In this document: positions 10,450 through 19,520 of the stretch, in pieces
How the letters are laid out: every line of letters starts with the position of its first letter
Numbering within the stretch: the first letter of the stretch is position 1
NCBI GenBank assembly: GCA_001567355.1
Contig: JYNZ01000002.1
Location: forward strand, 7,477 to 71,476
DNA from: a candidate division WS6 bacterium OLB20
GTDB lineage: Bacteria > Patescibacteriota > Dojkabacteria > B142 > OLB20
Length of the DNA stretch: 64,000 nt
Direction: 5' to 3'
Notes under the pieces: generated by a model
Told to the model about the DNA's origin: nothing
Seen by the model: the letters and a program-made list of their open reading frames with translations, nothing else
The model's database searches: none
Made by a program: the position numbers and the translations under genes

Positions 10450-10777
10450 CATTGAGGACTTTGACCTGGAACCTGAAGTAAGCACACCCTGGAAGCGAGC
10501 GTTGTTTGAAGTCTCACTGGTTCTGGCAGTGGTTGTGCTCTTCGGTCTGATCGGTGTCTCCGCCTATCGCGCTGTTGAGGAGGAGCTGCAGTATCAGAAA
10601 CAGCTTGGTGGTGAGTTGCTTGTCACCTGCCAGAGACTCTACTGGGAAGAAGTCTACGACCCCGATCAGGTGGCAATAAACTCCGAGGCCCTCAATGTGT
10701 ATTACAGCAAACATACTGACTGTAAAATATTCAATGTGACCGAATTAGATCCTCTCTTCTTTGAGTCTGTCCGATAA
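10436..10777 (+). CDS. hypothetical small membrane-anchored protein
   Basis: 113-aa ORF overlapping the upstream stop by 14 nt. It has a single hydrophobic helix (LFEVSLVLAVVVLFGLIGV). Confidence 0.4.
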   Translation: MMDSSIEDFDLEPEVSTPWKRALFEVSLVLAVVVLFGLIGVSAYRAVEEELQYQKQLGGELLVTCQRLYWEEVYDPDQVAINSEALNVYYSKHTDCKIFNVTELDPLFFESVR

Positions 10778-10940
10778 CATCACTACGAGCGAGTAGGCAA
10801 TCGGAAATACGGACACGTCCGGAGATAAGTCCGGATTGTTGTATTATCCAAATGAAACTGCCTTGAAATTCTCAGGTCGAATCTGTTATACCTATTGTCT
10901 GATGGTTAATTTCGACGTCAGACCGAATTGTTTCAGCAAC

Positions 10941-10969
10941 TTGGTTGAATTCGGTCAGAATGATATAAT
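10941..10969 (+). promoter_or_regulatory. sigma70-like promoter (TTGGTT-17-TATAAT) ending 6 nt before the ATG at 10976; implies a leaderless transcript
   Basis: TTGGTT at 10941-46, a 17-nt spacer, TATAAT at 10964-69, and ATG at 10976. Confidence 0.35.
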
Positions 10970-10975
10970 GGGTAT

Positions 10976-12526
10976 ATGAGTAACTCCGGAGAACACATAC
11001 GTTACAGGCATGAATCGGTCAGACAGGAGGAATCCTCGGATACAGAAGGCCGGTTTACTGCAGTTGCAGAACAGCTGTTAGAACTTGAGCCAGCTGGTCA
11101 TCTGAAAACGCCAGATGTGATTAACCCTCCGTTCCGCAGACAAGCCTGGATCAAAGTCGATACCATGCCTCAAGCAGTGTTGTTTGCCGATACGCATCTG
11201 ATGCCTGCAATCAGCTCTCAGGATCCGCGTTCACGAATGTCTTCAACAAAGCGTTATGCGTTCAACTTCTCCGCTGTGCCGGGTGTCGCCTCACTGACGC
11301 GCTGGAATGACCTTGCAACAAGGGTCGGTCTGCATCTCGCACGCAAACAGATGGAGGAGGCTCTGACGACTGCTGACATCATGGGGTCGCTCGGTGATAA
11401 CTTTGACGCCTACGGGGTTGAGGGTTTTCTTGAAACAATGGCTTATACAGAGGACTATGTAACACGCCGTTTTGCCAATGCCGACCGCGATGACCGCCCC
11501 GGATACTTCAGTATTGTGGCAGGCAATCATGATATGGCGACTCGCGTGAATTGTCCGGAGGCTGTTGCTGGCTATATGGGGCTGCGCAAACAGCAGCTTG
11601 CAAAAACTACGTTTGATGCCATGGTTGCACTCGCTGAAAAAGGATACAGCATGCATACGTTACATACTATGTGGAAGGAAGCTGCCGAAGGGGACAGAAC
11701 CGAACCATACAAGCTGCTGCCGGCCGAACGCTGGTTTCTGCAGCGGTTGTATACAGGACCTGAGATCGGGGCCTTTGAAAAAAGAAACAATGATGGTTCT
11801 GCAACTGTAGTTGCTTTTCTTAACTCAGAGTTCGGGCGCGAAGGCTGCACACTGCAGGATCTTTGCGAAACCGTTGAGATGGATCTTGGCAGAGAGGCAG
11901 ACGATGAAACAGGCCGCAAGATGATCGAAACATATGCATCTGACATCGGACGCCAGCGCGCAGTCATTGACGGACTTATGGAGACACTTGTCAGTCATGC
12001 AGATTCACGGGCTGTCGTCTACACACACAATCCAGTCATGATGCAGCAGGAGCTGATCCGTGAATTGATTGCTCACGACGGGGAACGATTTGCGACCTTT
12101 GAGGAGGCAAGAGAATTTGTTACTAAAAGGATTCTGACAATAGGTGGACACTACCATCTTAAAGAGCATCTTCCGTCAGATGCAGAAGGAATATACATGG
12201 TAAACGGATTTTCAAGACAGGTTGTTTCGATGATTGCAGAGGGACCCCGGAGGAGCTGGTATGGCACCAGGTTCAGACTGCGAGCATACTCAGACCCGGA
12301 TGATTATGCCGAGTTCCTCTTTGGAGCGCTTGATGACCCTCAAACCGCCAGGATAACAGGTGCTGAGATTACAGGAAAACTTGATGCTGTGAGGCGTGAT
12401 CTTAAGTCCAGGCTCCTAGGCAAAGCTGCCCGTGCAGTTGCCCGGATGTGGCAGGCTGCCGATTATCAGCAGAGAGAGGGACAATCAGAGCTTGAACTCG
12501 ACCCGCAAAGCTCCGGTCTTGATTAG
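10976..12526 (+). CDS. calcineurin-like metallophosphoesterase domain protein with a long C-terminal extension
   Basis: Metallophosphoesterase motifs occur in order: D-x-H (VLFADTHL), GD-x-x-D (LGDNFDAYG), GNHD (IVAGNHDM). Confidence 0.6.
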   Translation: MSNSGEHIRYRHESVRQEESSDTEGRFTAVAEQLLELEPAGHLKTPDVINPPFRRQAWIKVDTMPQAVLFADTHLMPAISSQDPRSRMSSTKRYAFNFSAVPGVASLTRWNDLATRVGLHLARKQMEEALTTADIMGSLGDNFDAYGVEGFLETMAYTEDYVTRRFANADRDDRPGYFSIVAGNHDMATRVNCPEAVAGYMGLRKQQLAKTTFDAMVALAEKGYSMHTLHTMWKEAAEGDRTEPYKLLPAERWFLQRLYTGPEIGAFEKRNNDGSATVVAFLNSEFGREGCTLQDLCETVEMDLGREADDETGRKMIETYASDIGRQRAVIDGLMETLVSHADSRAVVYTHNPVMMQQELIRELIAHDGERFATFEEAREFVTKRILTIGGHYHLKEHLPSDAEGIYMVNGFSRQVVSMIAEGPRRSWYGTRFRLRAYSDPDDYAEFLFGALDDPQTARITGAEITGKLDAVRRDLKSRLLGKAARAVARMWQAADYQQREGQSELELDPQSSGLD

Positions 12527-12569
12527 GATATGTCATTACAGTGTGATGGAATTATGTCCCTGCTGGAAA

Positions 12570-12656
12570 TGGTGTCGGAGGAGGGACTCGAACCCTCACG
12601 ACTGTTAAGGTCAAAGGATTTTAAGTCCTTCGTGTCTACCATTCCACCACTCCGAC
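12570..12656 (-). tRNA. tRNA-Leu (anticodon TAA), long variable arm, CCA encoded
   Basis: The reverse complement folds as GTCGGAG/CTCCGAC acceptor, D-arm, anticodon loop CTTAAAA, long extra arm, T-arm GGTTCGAGTCC, discriminator A, CCA. Confidence 0.85.
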
Positions 12657-12694
12657 CCTACGGATGTCATAAAGCTGAGTCAGCAGCTATAGTA

Positions 12695-12768
12695 AGGTGA
12701 CGGCGGGATTCGAACCCGCGCGTAAGGGTTTTGCAGACCCTCGCCTTAACCAGCTTGGCTACGTCACC
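12695..12768 (-). tRNA. tRNA-Cys (anticodon GCA), CCA not encoded
   Basis: The reverse complement folds with acceptor GGTGACG/CGTCACC, anticodon loop CTGCAAA, T-arm GCGGGTTCGAATCCCGC, and discriminator U. Confidence 0.85.
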
Positions 12769-13059
12769 GTACGTAGGGCAATTGTATCAGAAATAAAACC
12801 TCTGTCACCACTGTATGTCGGAATGCGGCCGATTTAGGGTAGAATGTTGCATAATTATCGTCAACTGTATGTGTCTTTTCTGCGGAGCCCCTGGTGGTCA
12901 CAATCTGGCGCAGTTAATCCCTTATATCGCAGTAACTGCACCTTTGCTTGTTATGCGTTTGAAGGTCGCACGCAGATCAAAAAAACATTCGAATGGAGAT
13001 CTGATGACGAAGAGCTTAAAGCGCACACCGAGGTAATATACATCTGTTGATGCTCTGTG

Positions 13060-13134
13060 TCGGGGTGACAAGACTCGAACTTGCGACCTCGCGCACCCGA
13101 AGCGCGCGCTCTAAGCCAACTGAGCTACACCCCG
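13060..13134 (-). tRNA. tRNA-Pro (anticodon CGG)
   Basis: The reverse complement folds with acceptor CGGGGTG/CACCCCG, D-arm GCTCAGTTGGCTTAGAGC, anticodon loop TTCGGGT, T-loop TTCGAGT, and discriminator A. Confidence 0.85.
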
Positions 13135-13219
13135 ATACAGCACATCAGTAGTCACATCCCGCTCTTAAGAACCCGTTGTCAATTCTGAAGTATGCAGGTC
13201 TCACAAAGGAATAATAGTC

Positions 13220-13307
13220 TGGTGCCGGAGACAGGACTCGAACCTGCACAGCTGTTAAGGCCACATGCACCTGAAGCATGCGTGTCTACCAATTTCACCA
13301 CTCCGGC
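13220..13307 (-). tRNA. tRNA-Leu (anticodon CAG), long variable arm, CCA encoded
   Basis: The reverse complement folds with acceptor GCCGGAG/CTCCGGC, anticodon loop TTCAGGT, long extra arm, T-loop TTCGAGT, and ACCA. Confidence 0.85.
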
Positions 13308-13431
13308 ATACTGTCAAATAAGGCGTTACTGAACGCTGGAGCTTATTATATACCCTGACGGGCATTTTTTGTACTCCCTGACGCTACTGCTGCTGAACGG
13401 TCATCCTTTTTTTGGACTGTGTCGGGGTGAC

Positions 13432-13506
13432 AAGACTCGAACTTGCGACCTCACGCACCCCATGCGTGCGCTCTAAGCCAACTGAGCTACACCCCGTCAC
13501 AGCACA
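13432..13506 (-). tRNA. tRNA-Pro (anticodon GGG)
   Basis: Near-duplicate of the 13060..13134 tRNA, with the anticodon stem-loop CACGC-ATGGGGT-GCGTG. Confidence 0.85.
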
Positions 13507-13509
13507 AAC

Positions 13510-14508
13510 GTGCACCTGAACTTTATCAGTGCAGACAATTATACAGGTAGCGCCATTCAATTTGAAAGCCGCTTGCAGTTAACGTCTAACAATTTTATAG
13601 TGAGAGAAATGAAGACGGCTACCAGGCAAAGCTTTCTCGAGTCAATCAGTGGCATCACACGCCAGATAGATCTGCGTCTGATGAGCAATCAGTTTGCAGT
13701 GCTTGTCACAATGTTCGCTCTGTTTCTGATTGCAGGTATCATTCTTTTCTTTCCCGGTCATTTCAGCGAGCACATTCTTGCAATCCCGAAGGTGGCAGTC
13801 TACGTGTTTCTCGTCTGGGCACTTGCCCGCGAGTATGATCCTGATAGCGTCTTCACATCATACCTGGCACCTGTCCTGTCGCTGACACTGCTTGTACTGT
13901 TTCCGGTATCGCTGAGTGGTGTTCCTCTCGTCTTTTTGCTTGTTCTGCTGCTTGCGAGGATTGTAAGCCGGTCAACAGGCAGAAAAGTGACGGTTTTTGA
14001 CAGCGGTGCTGTACTAATCCTGACCGCTATGGTTACACTCGCGCTTCAGAACTGGATAGTACCGCTGTTTGCATCGATCTCCTTTCTGTTTGATTTTCTG
14101 CTATCCAGATCCAACAGGATCTCGGGCGTGTTCTCGCTGCTTGCTGCACTTATGAGTCTTGCTTCTATCTGGGTCTACGGCGCGGCACTGGGTGAAAAAT
14201 CTCTGCCGACCCCGTATGTACTTGGTATCTTCATATCCTCGGTTGTATTTGTTCTGCTTTCAATCGGATTTAATGCGGATGTCACATCTGTAACAGACTC
14301 GAGCAATACCCGTCTTGATAAATACAGGATGAAGGCTGCCCGGTTTGTACTGCTATGGGTGGCAGTGACACTGTCATTGCAAAACAACCTGTCCGGCCTT
14401 GTTGGATACTCAGGCCTGTGGATTCTGATTATCATTATTCCTCTATCTGCTGTTGTGAGTGTATTAAACAACTACCGTGAAGGAGAAGAACCAGAAAAAT
14501 CCGGCTGA
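13510..14508 (+). CDS. polytopic membrane protein, function unknown (true start may be the internal ATG at 13612)
   Basis: 332-aa ORF with at least seven hydrophobic segments. The annotated GTG start abuts the tRNA-Pro end, so a downstream start is plausible. Confidence 0.45.
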   Translation: MHLNFISADNYTGSAIQFESRLQLTSNNFIVREMKTATRQSFLESISGITRQIDLRLMSNQFAVLVTMFALFLIAGIILFFPGHFSEHILAIPKVAVYVFLVWALAREYDPDSVFTSYLAPVLSLTLLVLFPVSLSGVPLVFLLVLLLARIVSRSTGRKVTVFDSGAVLILTAMVTLALQNWIVPLFASISFLFDFLLSRSNRISGVFSLLAALMSLASIWVYGAALGEKSLPTPYVLGIFISSVVFVLLSIGFNADVTSVTDSSNTRLDKYRMKAARFVLLWVAVTLSLQNNLSGLVGYSGLWILIIIIPLSAVVSVLNNYREGEEPEKSG

Positions 14509-14683
14509 GTAGACACGCTATTTTGAGGGTGTCGGGGAGTCTGAGTACGAGACAGATCTTTTTCTGCGTGATATCCCGCTGATACTTGAAACAGACTCTG
14601 CAGAGCTTAAACGGAAGAAACGGCGCTACATCAAACGCCGGCTGCTCTCTTTACGCAGCAGTCTGCGTACGCCATAATGAGAT

Positions 14684-15142
14684 ATGGAAAACGGAAAACA
14701 ACTCGCTGCAGAATATCTGCGCTCAAATAAAATCGGTGTTCTGTGTACGGTAACTCCACAGTCAACGCCTCACGCCACCCTTGTGTACTATCTGTATGAA
14801 GATGAGTTTATGATGTACTTTGTGACCAAGGAGCAGACTGCAAAGGCAAGGAACATCGAGGCTAATCCAAATGTAGCTATTGTAGTAGGGATTATTGATG
14901 AACCTGTCACCGCACAATGCTACGGTAAGGCCCAACGGATAAGTGGTGAGGGAGTAATCGAAAAAACAAACCGCATTCTATCAAGAGCTCATGAAGGAAA
15001 CTACCATTGGCCTCCGATACTGGATATCAAGGCAGGTGATCCGGCCGTCTATCAGATTGAGATCAACCGCGTCCAGTTTTATGATGAACGTGAGGTTGAC
15101 CTGCCGGAGAATAACTACGTAGAATTCGAAGTCCAGCGGTAA
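14684..15142 (+). CDS. pyridoxamine 5'-phosphate oxidase-like FMN-binding family protein (general stress protein 26-like)
   Basis: 152-aa protein with the PNPOx-like split-barrel pattern (GVLCTV...PHATLVYYLY...MYFVT...ARNIEANPNVAIVV). A CATAAT box sits 6 nt upstream of the ATG. Confidence 0.55.
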   Translation: MENGKQLAAEYLRSNKIGVLCTVTPQSTPHATLVYYLYEDEFMMYFVTKEQTAKARNIEANPNVAIVVGIIDEPVTAQCYGKAQRISGEGVIEKTNRILSRAHEGNYHWPPILDIKAGDPAVYQIEINRVQFYDEREVDLPENNYVEFEVQR

Positions 15143-15148
15143 AAAAAT

Positions 15149-15463
15149 ATGCAGATAAACAGACGACAACTAGCGGCGGCCGTTGCAGCAGCAACATGGG
15201 CTGGTCTGATCTTGTTTGCTGTCGTTGACGGTACCGGTGCATTCGGCACTGACATCGGCTTTACTGCTTCCTTACAGCAGAGTGGACTGGCAAGGATAAT
15301 GTTTGCAGATATCGGTGTACTCTCAACGCTCTGTGCTGTCTGGATAATCCGTACCGGGCATCGTTTACGGTATCTGTTCGCGGCAGCAGCACTGTTTACC
15401 GGTTCGTTTGCGGTATTGCCGTTTCTGTCTCTGTATCTCTTACAGCCATCAAAAACAACATGA
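15149..15463 (+). CDS. small integral membrane protein
   Basis: 104 aa with three hydrophobic helices. Coupled ATGA overlap with the next ORF. Confidence 0.4.
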   Translation: MQINRRQLAAAVAAATWAGLILFAVVDGTGAFGTDIGFTASLQQSGLARIMFADIGVLSTLCAVWIIRTGHRLRYLFAAAALFTGSFAVLPFLSLYLLQPSKTT

Positions 15464-16047
15464 AGAGAGAGCGTCTTCCAATCCTGGAGAGCATATTACG
15501 GAGCGGCATGTACCTCAAGCCGTCTATGCCTTTATATGCGAAGATCACGTTCTTTAATGTTGTCAGCGCATTCTGCGCAGGGATGTTTCTGATTTTCGGG
15601 TATACCAACTATCAGTTTGGACAGATAACATTTGCGACGTTTGAGTTTTCACTCGCGGGAGGCTTTGCCATATCGATGCTCCTTCTCAGACTTACCTCCA
15701 GGTACAATCCATCAGCTATAGTTAACTCGCTGCTTCTTTATATTGGTGCAGCGGTTCTCATCATTACCGGAGGGACTGTAGGGACCGGTGTCTACTGGCT
15801 TCTGATGTGCCCGCTTCTGTACCTTAATTTCTGGGGCAGAAAGCTCGGACTTGTCTGGATGATGGGCATGATAATCCTTCTTGCAGGGATTGTCATTCTG
15901 AATGCACTCGAAATAGTAAGGATTGCGTATACTCAATATCAGATGCTGATATTTCTTCTGGCCATTGCCGTGTCGACTTTCCTGCTGTGGCTTCACAGCT
16001 ACCTCGACAGTTTGAAACTCAGAAGCCTGACTGATGAAGCAGAATAA
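15460..16047 (+). CDS. membrane protein, stand-alone paralog of the N-terminal transmembrane sensor domain of the downstream histidine kinase
   Basis: GTGVYWLLMCPLLYLNFWGRKLGLVWMMGMIILLAGIVILN aligns with the kinase segment LAGVGLFWLFGFPAMFFLMWERKLGNIWLVVMVIIPAIFIILN. Confidence 0.5.
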   Translation: MKRERLPILESILRSGMYLKPSMPLYAKITFFNVVSAFCAGMFLIFGYTNYQFGQITFATFEFSLAGGFAISMLLLRLTSRYNPSAIVNSLLLYIGAAVLIITGGTVGTGVYWLLMCPLLYLNFWGRKLGLVWMMGMIILLAGIVILNALEIVRIAYTQYQMLIFLLAIAVSTFLLWLHSYLDSLKLRSLTDEAE

Positions 16048-17722
16048 TCAAACCGAGGCGGATCTGCATTCTCAAATAGAGAAGAGCATCGACTCGCTGC
16101 GCAGAAATCTTGTAGTGTCAATGCTTCTGGTCGGTACTCTTGTCAGTACTGTCTTCGCCGTCCTGAATTTTCTCGATAACAGTATTTTGCTGGGAGTAGC
16201 TGAAACAGTTGTTTCGATCCTCCTGCTCAGCATGCTGATGGTGATCCTGATCACAAATTCCATTAGCGGACCCCGCTGGGTTATCAGTGTGATTCTTCTG
16301 GGAATTACAGCACTTCTTGTGGCTCAGGGTGGACTGGCCGGAGTCGGTTTGTTCTGGCTGTTCGGTTTCCCTGCTATGTTCTTCCTCATGTGGGAACGCA
16401 AACTGGGTAATATCTGGCTTGTTGTCATGGTCATTATTCCTGCGATTTTTATCATTCTGAATCTTACAGGAGTTTTCGAGGGTTATTACAAACCGATCAA
16501 TCTGATCCAGTTTATCGGCAGCTTTCTGCTTGCCTGGCTGTTTGCCTATGTCTATCAGATGCTGCAGGACCGGCAGCGAGATCTGCTGGAGAAGAACGCA
16601 AATAAACAGGCAATGCTTGCGGAGTCAGCATTCAAACAGCGCAAGCAACTGCAGGCTGTGCTTAATTCAATCGGGGATGGCGTGATCGTCATGGATGCCA
16701 AGCGTCATATTATTCTTGCAAATCCGGTCGCGCAGACGCTGACCGGATACAGCGAAGAAGAGCTGCTTGAACGCCCTTTTTCTGAAGCGCTTAAGTTTAT
16801 CGATGACAGAACAGGGGCACCTGTTACTGAATTCCTGGAAACGGTTTTTGTGTCCGGAAAGATGACAACGCTTGACTTTCATACGTCGCTGATCCGCAAG
16901 GATGGTTCGCGCATGGCTGTCGGTGACTCGGCGGCGCCAATCCTCAACAATGACGGTATCGTTACTGGAGGTATCATTGTCTTCCGCGACAATACCCGTG
17001 AACGTGAGGTCGATACAATGAAGACAGAATTTGTGTCTCTTGCATCCCACCAGCTTCAGACTCCGATAACAGAACTGCAGTATCTGCTTGAACTCCTGAA
17101 GGACAGAAAACTGCTTGAGGGGGATATGGACGTTGATGAGCTGGTCTCCAAAGCATACGAGGTGTCACAGTCCATGTCACATCTTGTCAGTGACCTGCTG
17201 GACGTATCACGGATTGAGACAGGTCGTAAATTTACAGTCAATATGAAGCCGGTTGTTCTCAATCAGTTTCTTACTGAGACTGCTGAAGGGCTTAAAGGTC
17301 AGGCGGCAAAACGCAATATCCGGATCGAGGTGCTGCTGCCGGCCGAAGAGATTACAGTCAATGCCGATGCGGGCAAGCTCGGGGAGGTTGTGTCAAATCT
17401 GCTTTCAAATGCCCTCAAATACTCTCATCCCGAGAGTGAGGTTCAGTTAAGACTGACACAGCGTGAAGATGTTGCTGTGATAGAAGTGGAGGATCACGGT
17501 ATCGGTATTCCAAGAGAGCAGCAGGGGAGTATTTTTACGAAACTGTTTCGTGCCGAGAATGCGGTTAAATCAGATATCGAAGGTACCGGGCTCGGCTTAT
17601 ATATCGCAAAGGCTATCACAGAGGCGCATGGCGGCAAACTGTTTTTTGAGTCAGTAGAAAATGAGCGGACCGTATTCACACTTGAGCTCCCTGTTCACCA
17701 GGAACCCGCAGCGCACGCGTAG
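16034..17722 (+). CDS. sensor histidine kinase (multi-pass membrane sensor domain, PAS, HisKA, HATPase_c)
   Basis: The PAS-like region reads LQAVLNSIGDGVIVMD. The H-box is ASHQLQTPIT. The N, G1 and G2 boxes are LLSNALKYS, EDHGIGI and GTGLGLYIAKAI. Confidence 0.8.
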   Translation: MKQNNQTEADLHSQIEKSIDSLRRNLVVSMLLVGTLVSTVFAVLNFLDNSILLGVAETVVSILLLSMLMVILITNSISGPRWVISVILLGITALLVAQGGLAGVGLFWLFGFPAMFFLMWERKLGNIWLVVMVIIPAIFIILNLTGVFEGYYKPINLIQFIGSFLLAWLFAYVYQMLQDRQRDLLEKNANKQAMLAESAFKQRKQLQAVLNSIGDGVIVMDAKRHIILANPVAQTLTGYSEEELLERPFSEALKFIDDRTGAPVTEFLETVFVSGKMTTLDFHTSLIRKDGSRMAVGDSAAPILNNDGIVTGGIIVFRDNTREREVDTMKTEFVSLASHQLQTPITELQYLLELLKDRKLLEGDMDVDELVSKAYEVSQSMSHLVSDLLDVSRIETGRKFTVNMKPVVLNQFLTETAEGLKGQAAKRNIRIEVLLPAEEITVNADAGKLGEVVSNLLSNALKYSHPESEVQLRLTQREDVAVIEVEDHGIGIPREQQGSIFTKLFRAENAVKSDIEGTGLGLYIAKAITEAHGGKLFFESVENERTVFTLELPVHQEPAAHA

Positions 17723-17733
17723 TATAATTCCCT

Positions 17734-18383
17734 ATGGGACGAAACAAACAGAAAAAATTTGCCGAATTTGCCGCATTTGAGTTTTCCGCCTCGAACGATG
17801 ATCCCGACTGCCGCACCAGGCTCGCTCGGTTCTTTCATCCCGGCGAACGGGTAATATTAGAACTGGCATGCGGAAAAGGAGCATACACCATGCTCTCGCA
17901 GAAAAATATCCGCAGGCAAAGGTTGCAGGTGTGGATTATCAGGGAGAACGTCTTTGGGTGGGGGCACGTGCCGCAAAGGATGCAGGGATTACCAACTGCT
18001 TTTTCCTGCGCGCACGTGTTGAAATGCTGCCTGAATTACTGCCGGTGAAAGCAGATCAGATCTGGATCACGTTCCCTGACCCTTTTCCGAAAGACCGCCA
18101 CGCCAAACGCAGACTTACATCAGCACAATACCTGAAGATTTACGAACATATCTCAAGCCCGGGAGCAACTGTATGCCTTAAGACCGATGCGCCTGATCTG
18201 TTTGCCTTTACCAGGGATCAGCTCAGAGAAGGCGGTTTCAGAGTCCTAGAAGAGGTTCCGGATGTTGACGCGCTGCCGGCTGATCACGATGCGCTTCTTG
18301 TAGAGACCGACTTTGAGACACGGCACCGTGAGCAGGGAAGGACTATTTCTTTCCTGCGCTGGGAAGCTTCCGCTGCTCAATAA
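17734..18383 (+). CDS. trmB: tRNA (guanine46-N7)-methyltransferase TrmB; frameshifted at an A5 run (17896-17900)
   Basis: The N-terminal frame reads VILELACGKGAYTMLSQ. The second frame reads LAEKYPQAKVAGVDY...FPDPFPKDRHAKRRL, the TrmB signature DPWPKKRHHKRR. Adding one A restores GAYTMLSQKKYPQAKVAGVDY, which is collinear with B. subtilis TrmB. Confidence 0.7.
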
Positions 18384-18987
18384 TCCGTATGCCGTTATCG
18401 TCCACGACGACCGCCTGATAGTCAGTAAATGCTATTACTGGCTGCCAGACTGTCTGCCCGTCACTGAACAAATCCGCAAAAGAGTCGCCGTACTTACTGT
18501 TACCAAGATGGGGAAGAGGCAGAAAATCGATCAGATCAAGTCCGGTAATAGTATTCAACTCAAGGTCTTCGTGGACAGGGTCGATGCTGCGGATCAGTGA
18601 CAGATCACCTGCGGCAAGAACACTGCCTGCACTTGATCCTGCGTAGGGAATGCCGTCCTCAATAAGACCCCGCGCCTGCTGCAGAAAACCACTCGATTCT
18701 GCGGCATGCAGAAGATCAAAAGTATTTCCGCCGGCAACAAAAATCAGGTCTGTTTTACAGAGCTGGTTGTAAAGAAACGCATCATGCGACTCTTTCAGAT
18801 CGATAATTTTTAGCTGAAATCCCAGGCTTTTCATCAGTTCATAATCCTGCTTCATAAACCAGGGATCATCATATCTGTCTGCAGCATTGGGAATAAACGC
18901 AACTCTTGTTTCAACCGGATTCAGGCCGAACTCAAAAATCATGTCGTACATCATACGCGCTGCATGTGATGCGAGAAACAGCTTCAT
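18343..18987 (-). CDS. peptidase S51 family protein (dipeptidase E-like)
   Basis: Carries the VAGGNTF nucleophile-elbow context and the overall S51 pattern. 214 aa. Confidence 0.6.
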   Translation of the reverse strand: MKLFLASHAARMMYDMIFEFGLNPVETRVAFIPNAADRYDDPWFMKQDYELMKSLGFQLKIIDLKESHDAFLYNQLCKTDLIFVAGGNTFDLLHAAESSGFLQQARGLIEDGIPYAGSSAGSVLAAGDLSLIRSIDPVHEDLELNTITGLDLIDFLPLPHLGNSKYGDSFADLFSDGQTVWQPVIAFTDYQAVVVDDNGIRIIEQRKLPSAGKK

Positions 18988-19445
18988 GATGATTCAACTC
19001 CGACCGAAATCCTCACCTGTTTGGCCTGCTGGATCGCACTTAGCAGCTCGGATGGCCTCTGCGTTCCAATCACAAACATGCTTCCGTTTCGCATATGTAT
19101 ATCAATTGCGGCATAGCCAGAAATACTGAACAGCCAGCCATTGCCAAGCGGCCTGATACCCCAGTCAGACATCAGGCTCTCTTCGTGATCTGCGATACCG
19201 GTTACCTCGGCAAGGGGTATCTGCTGTTCAAACACCCAGCCAAGCCTGACAATGATATGGTCATCAGTCACGGTTGTCCGCATGTTTGAATAGACAACGG
19301 TAACTGCAAAAAAGAAGATTGTCAGAAGGATAAACAGAATGTTGTAGCCAAACAGAAAACCAAGGTAAAACATACCTGCCGTGCACAGTCCGAATATGGC
19401 AACGGGAACATAGCCGATCTGTTGCTCCTGATAATGGGTGTTCAT
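18984..19445 (-). CDS. membrane protein with a bacterial PH (bPH/DUF304-like) domain
   Basis: Two N-terminal TM helices followed by a beta-rich ~90-aa domain. ATGA coupling with the S51 gene. Confidence 0.5.
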   Translation of the reverse strand: MNTHYQEQQIGYVPVAIFGLCTAGMFYLGFLFGYNILFILLTIFFFAVTVVYSNMRTTVTDDHIIVRLGWVFEQQIPLAEVTGIADHEESLMSDWGIRPLGNGWLFSISGYAAIDIHMRNGSMFVIGTQRPSELLSAIQQAKQVRISVGVESS

Positions 19446-19520
19446 AATTCATCATACAAACTGGCAATAACTATGGCAATCAGCTTTGACCTGTGGACAC
19501 ATATGACCGTACAATGATTT

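Noticed and set aside
12769-13059. Possible structured ncRNA (RNase P, SRP, tmRNA or 6S) in the 290-bp spacer within the tRNA cluster
   Set aside because: None of the conserved motifs of those RNA families is present, for example the RNase P GGAAAGTCCGGGCTCC, the SRP domain IV motif, or a tmRNA tRNA-like end. It is more likely tRNA promoter or processing sequence.
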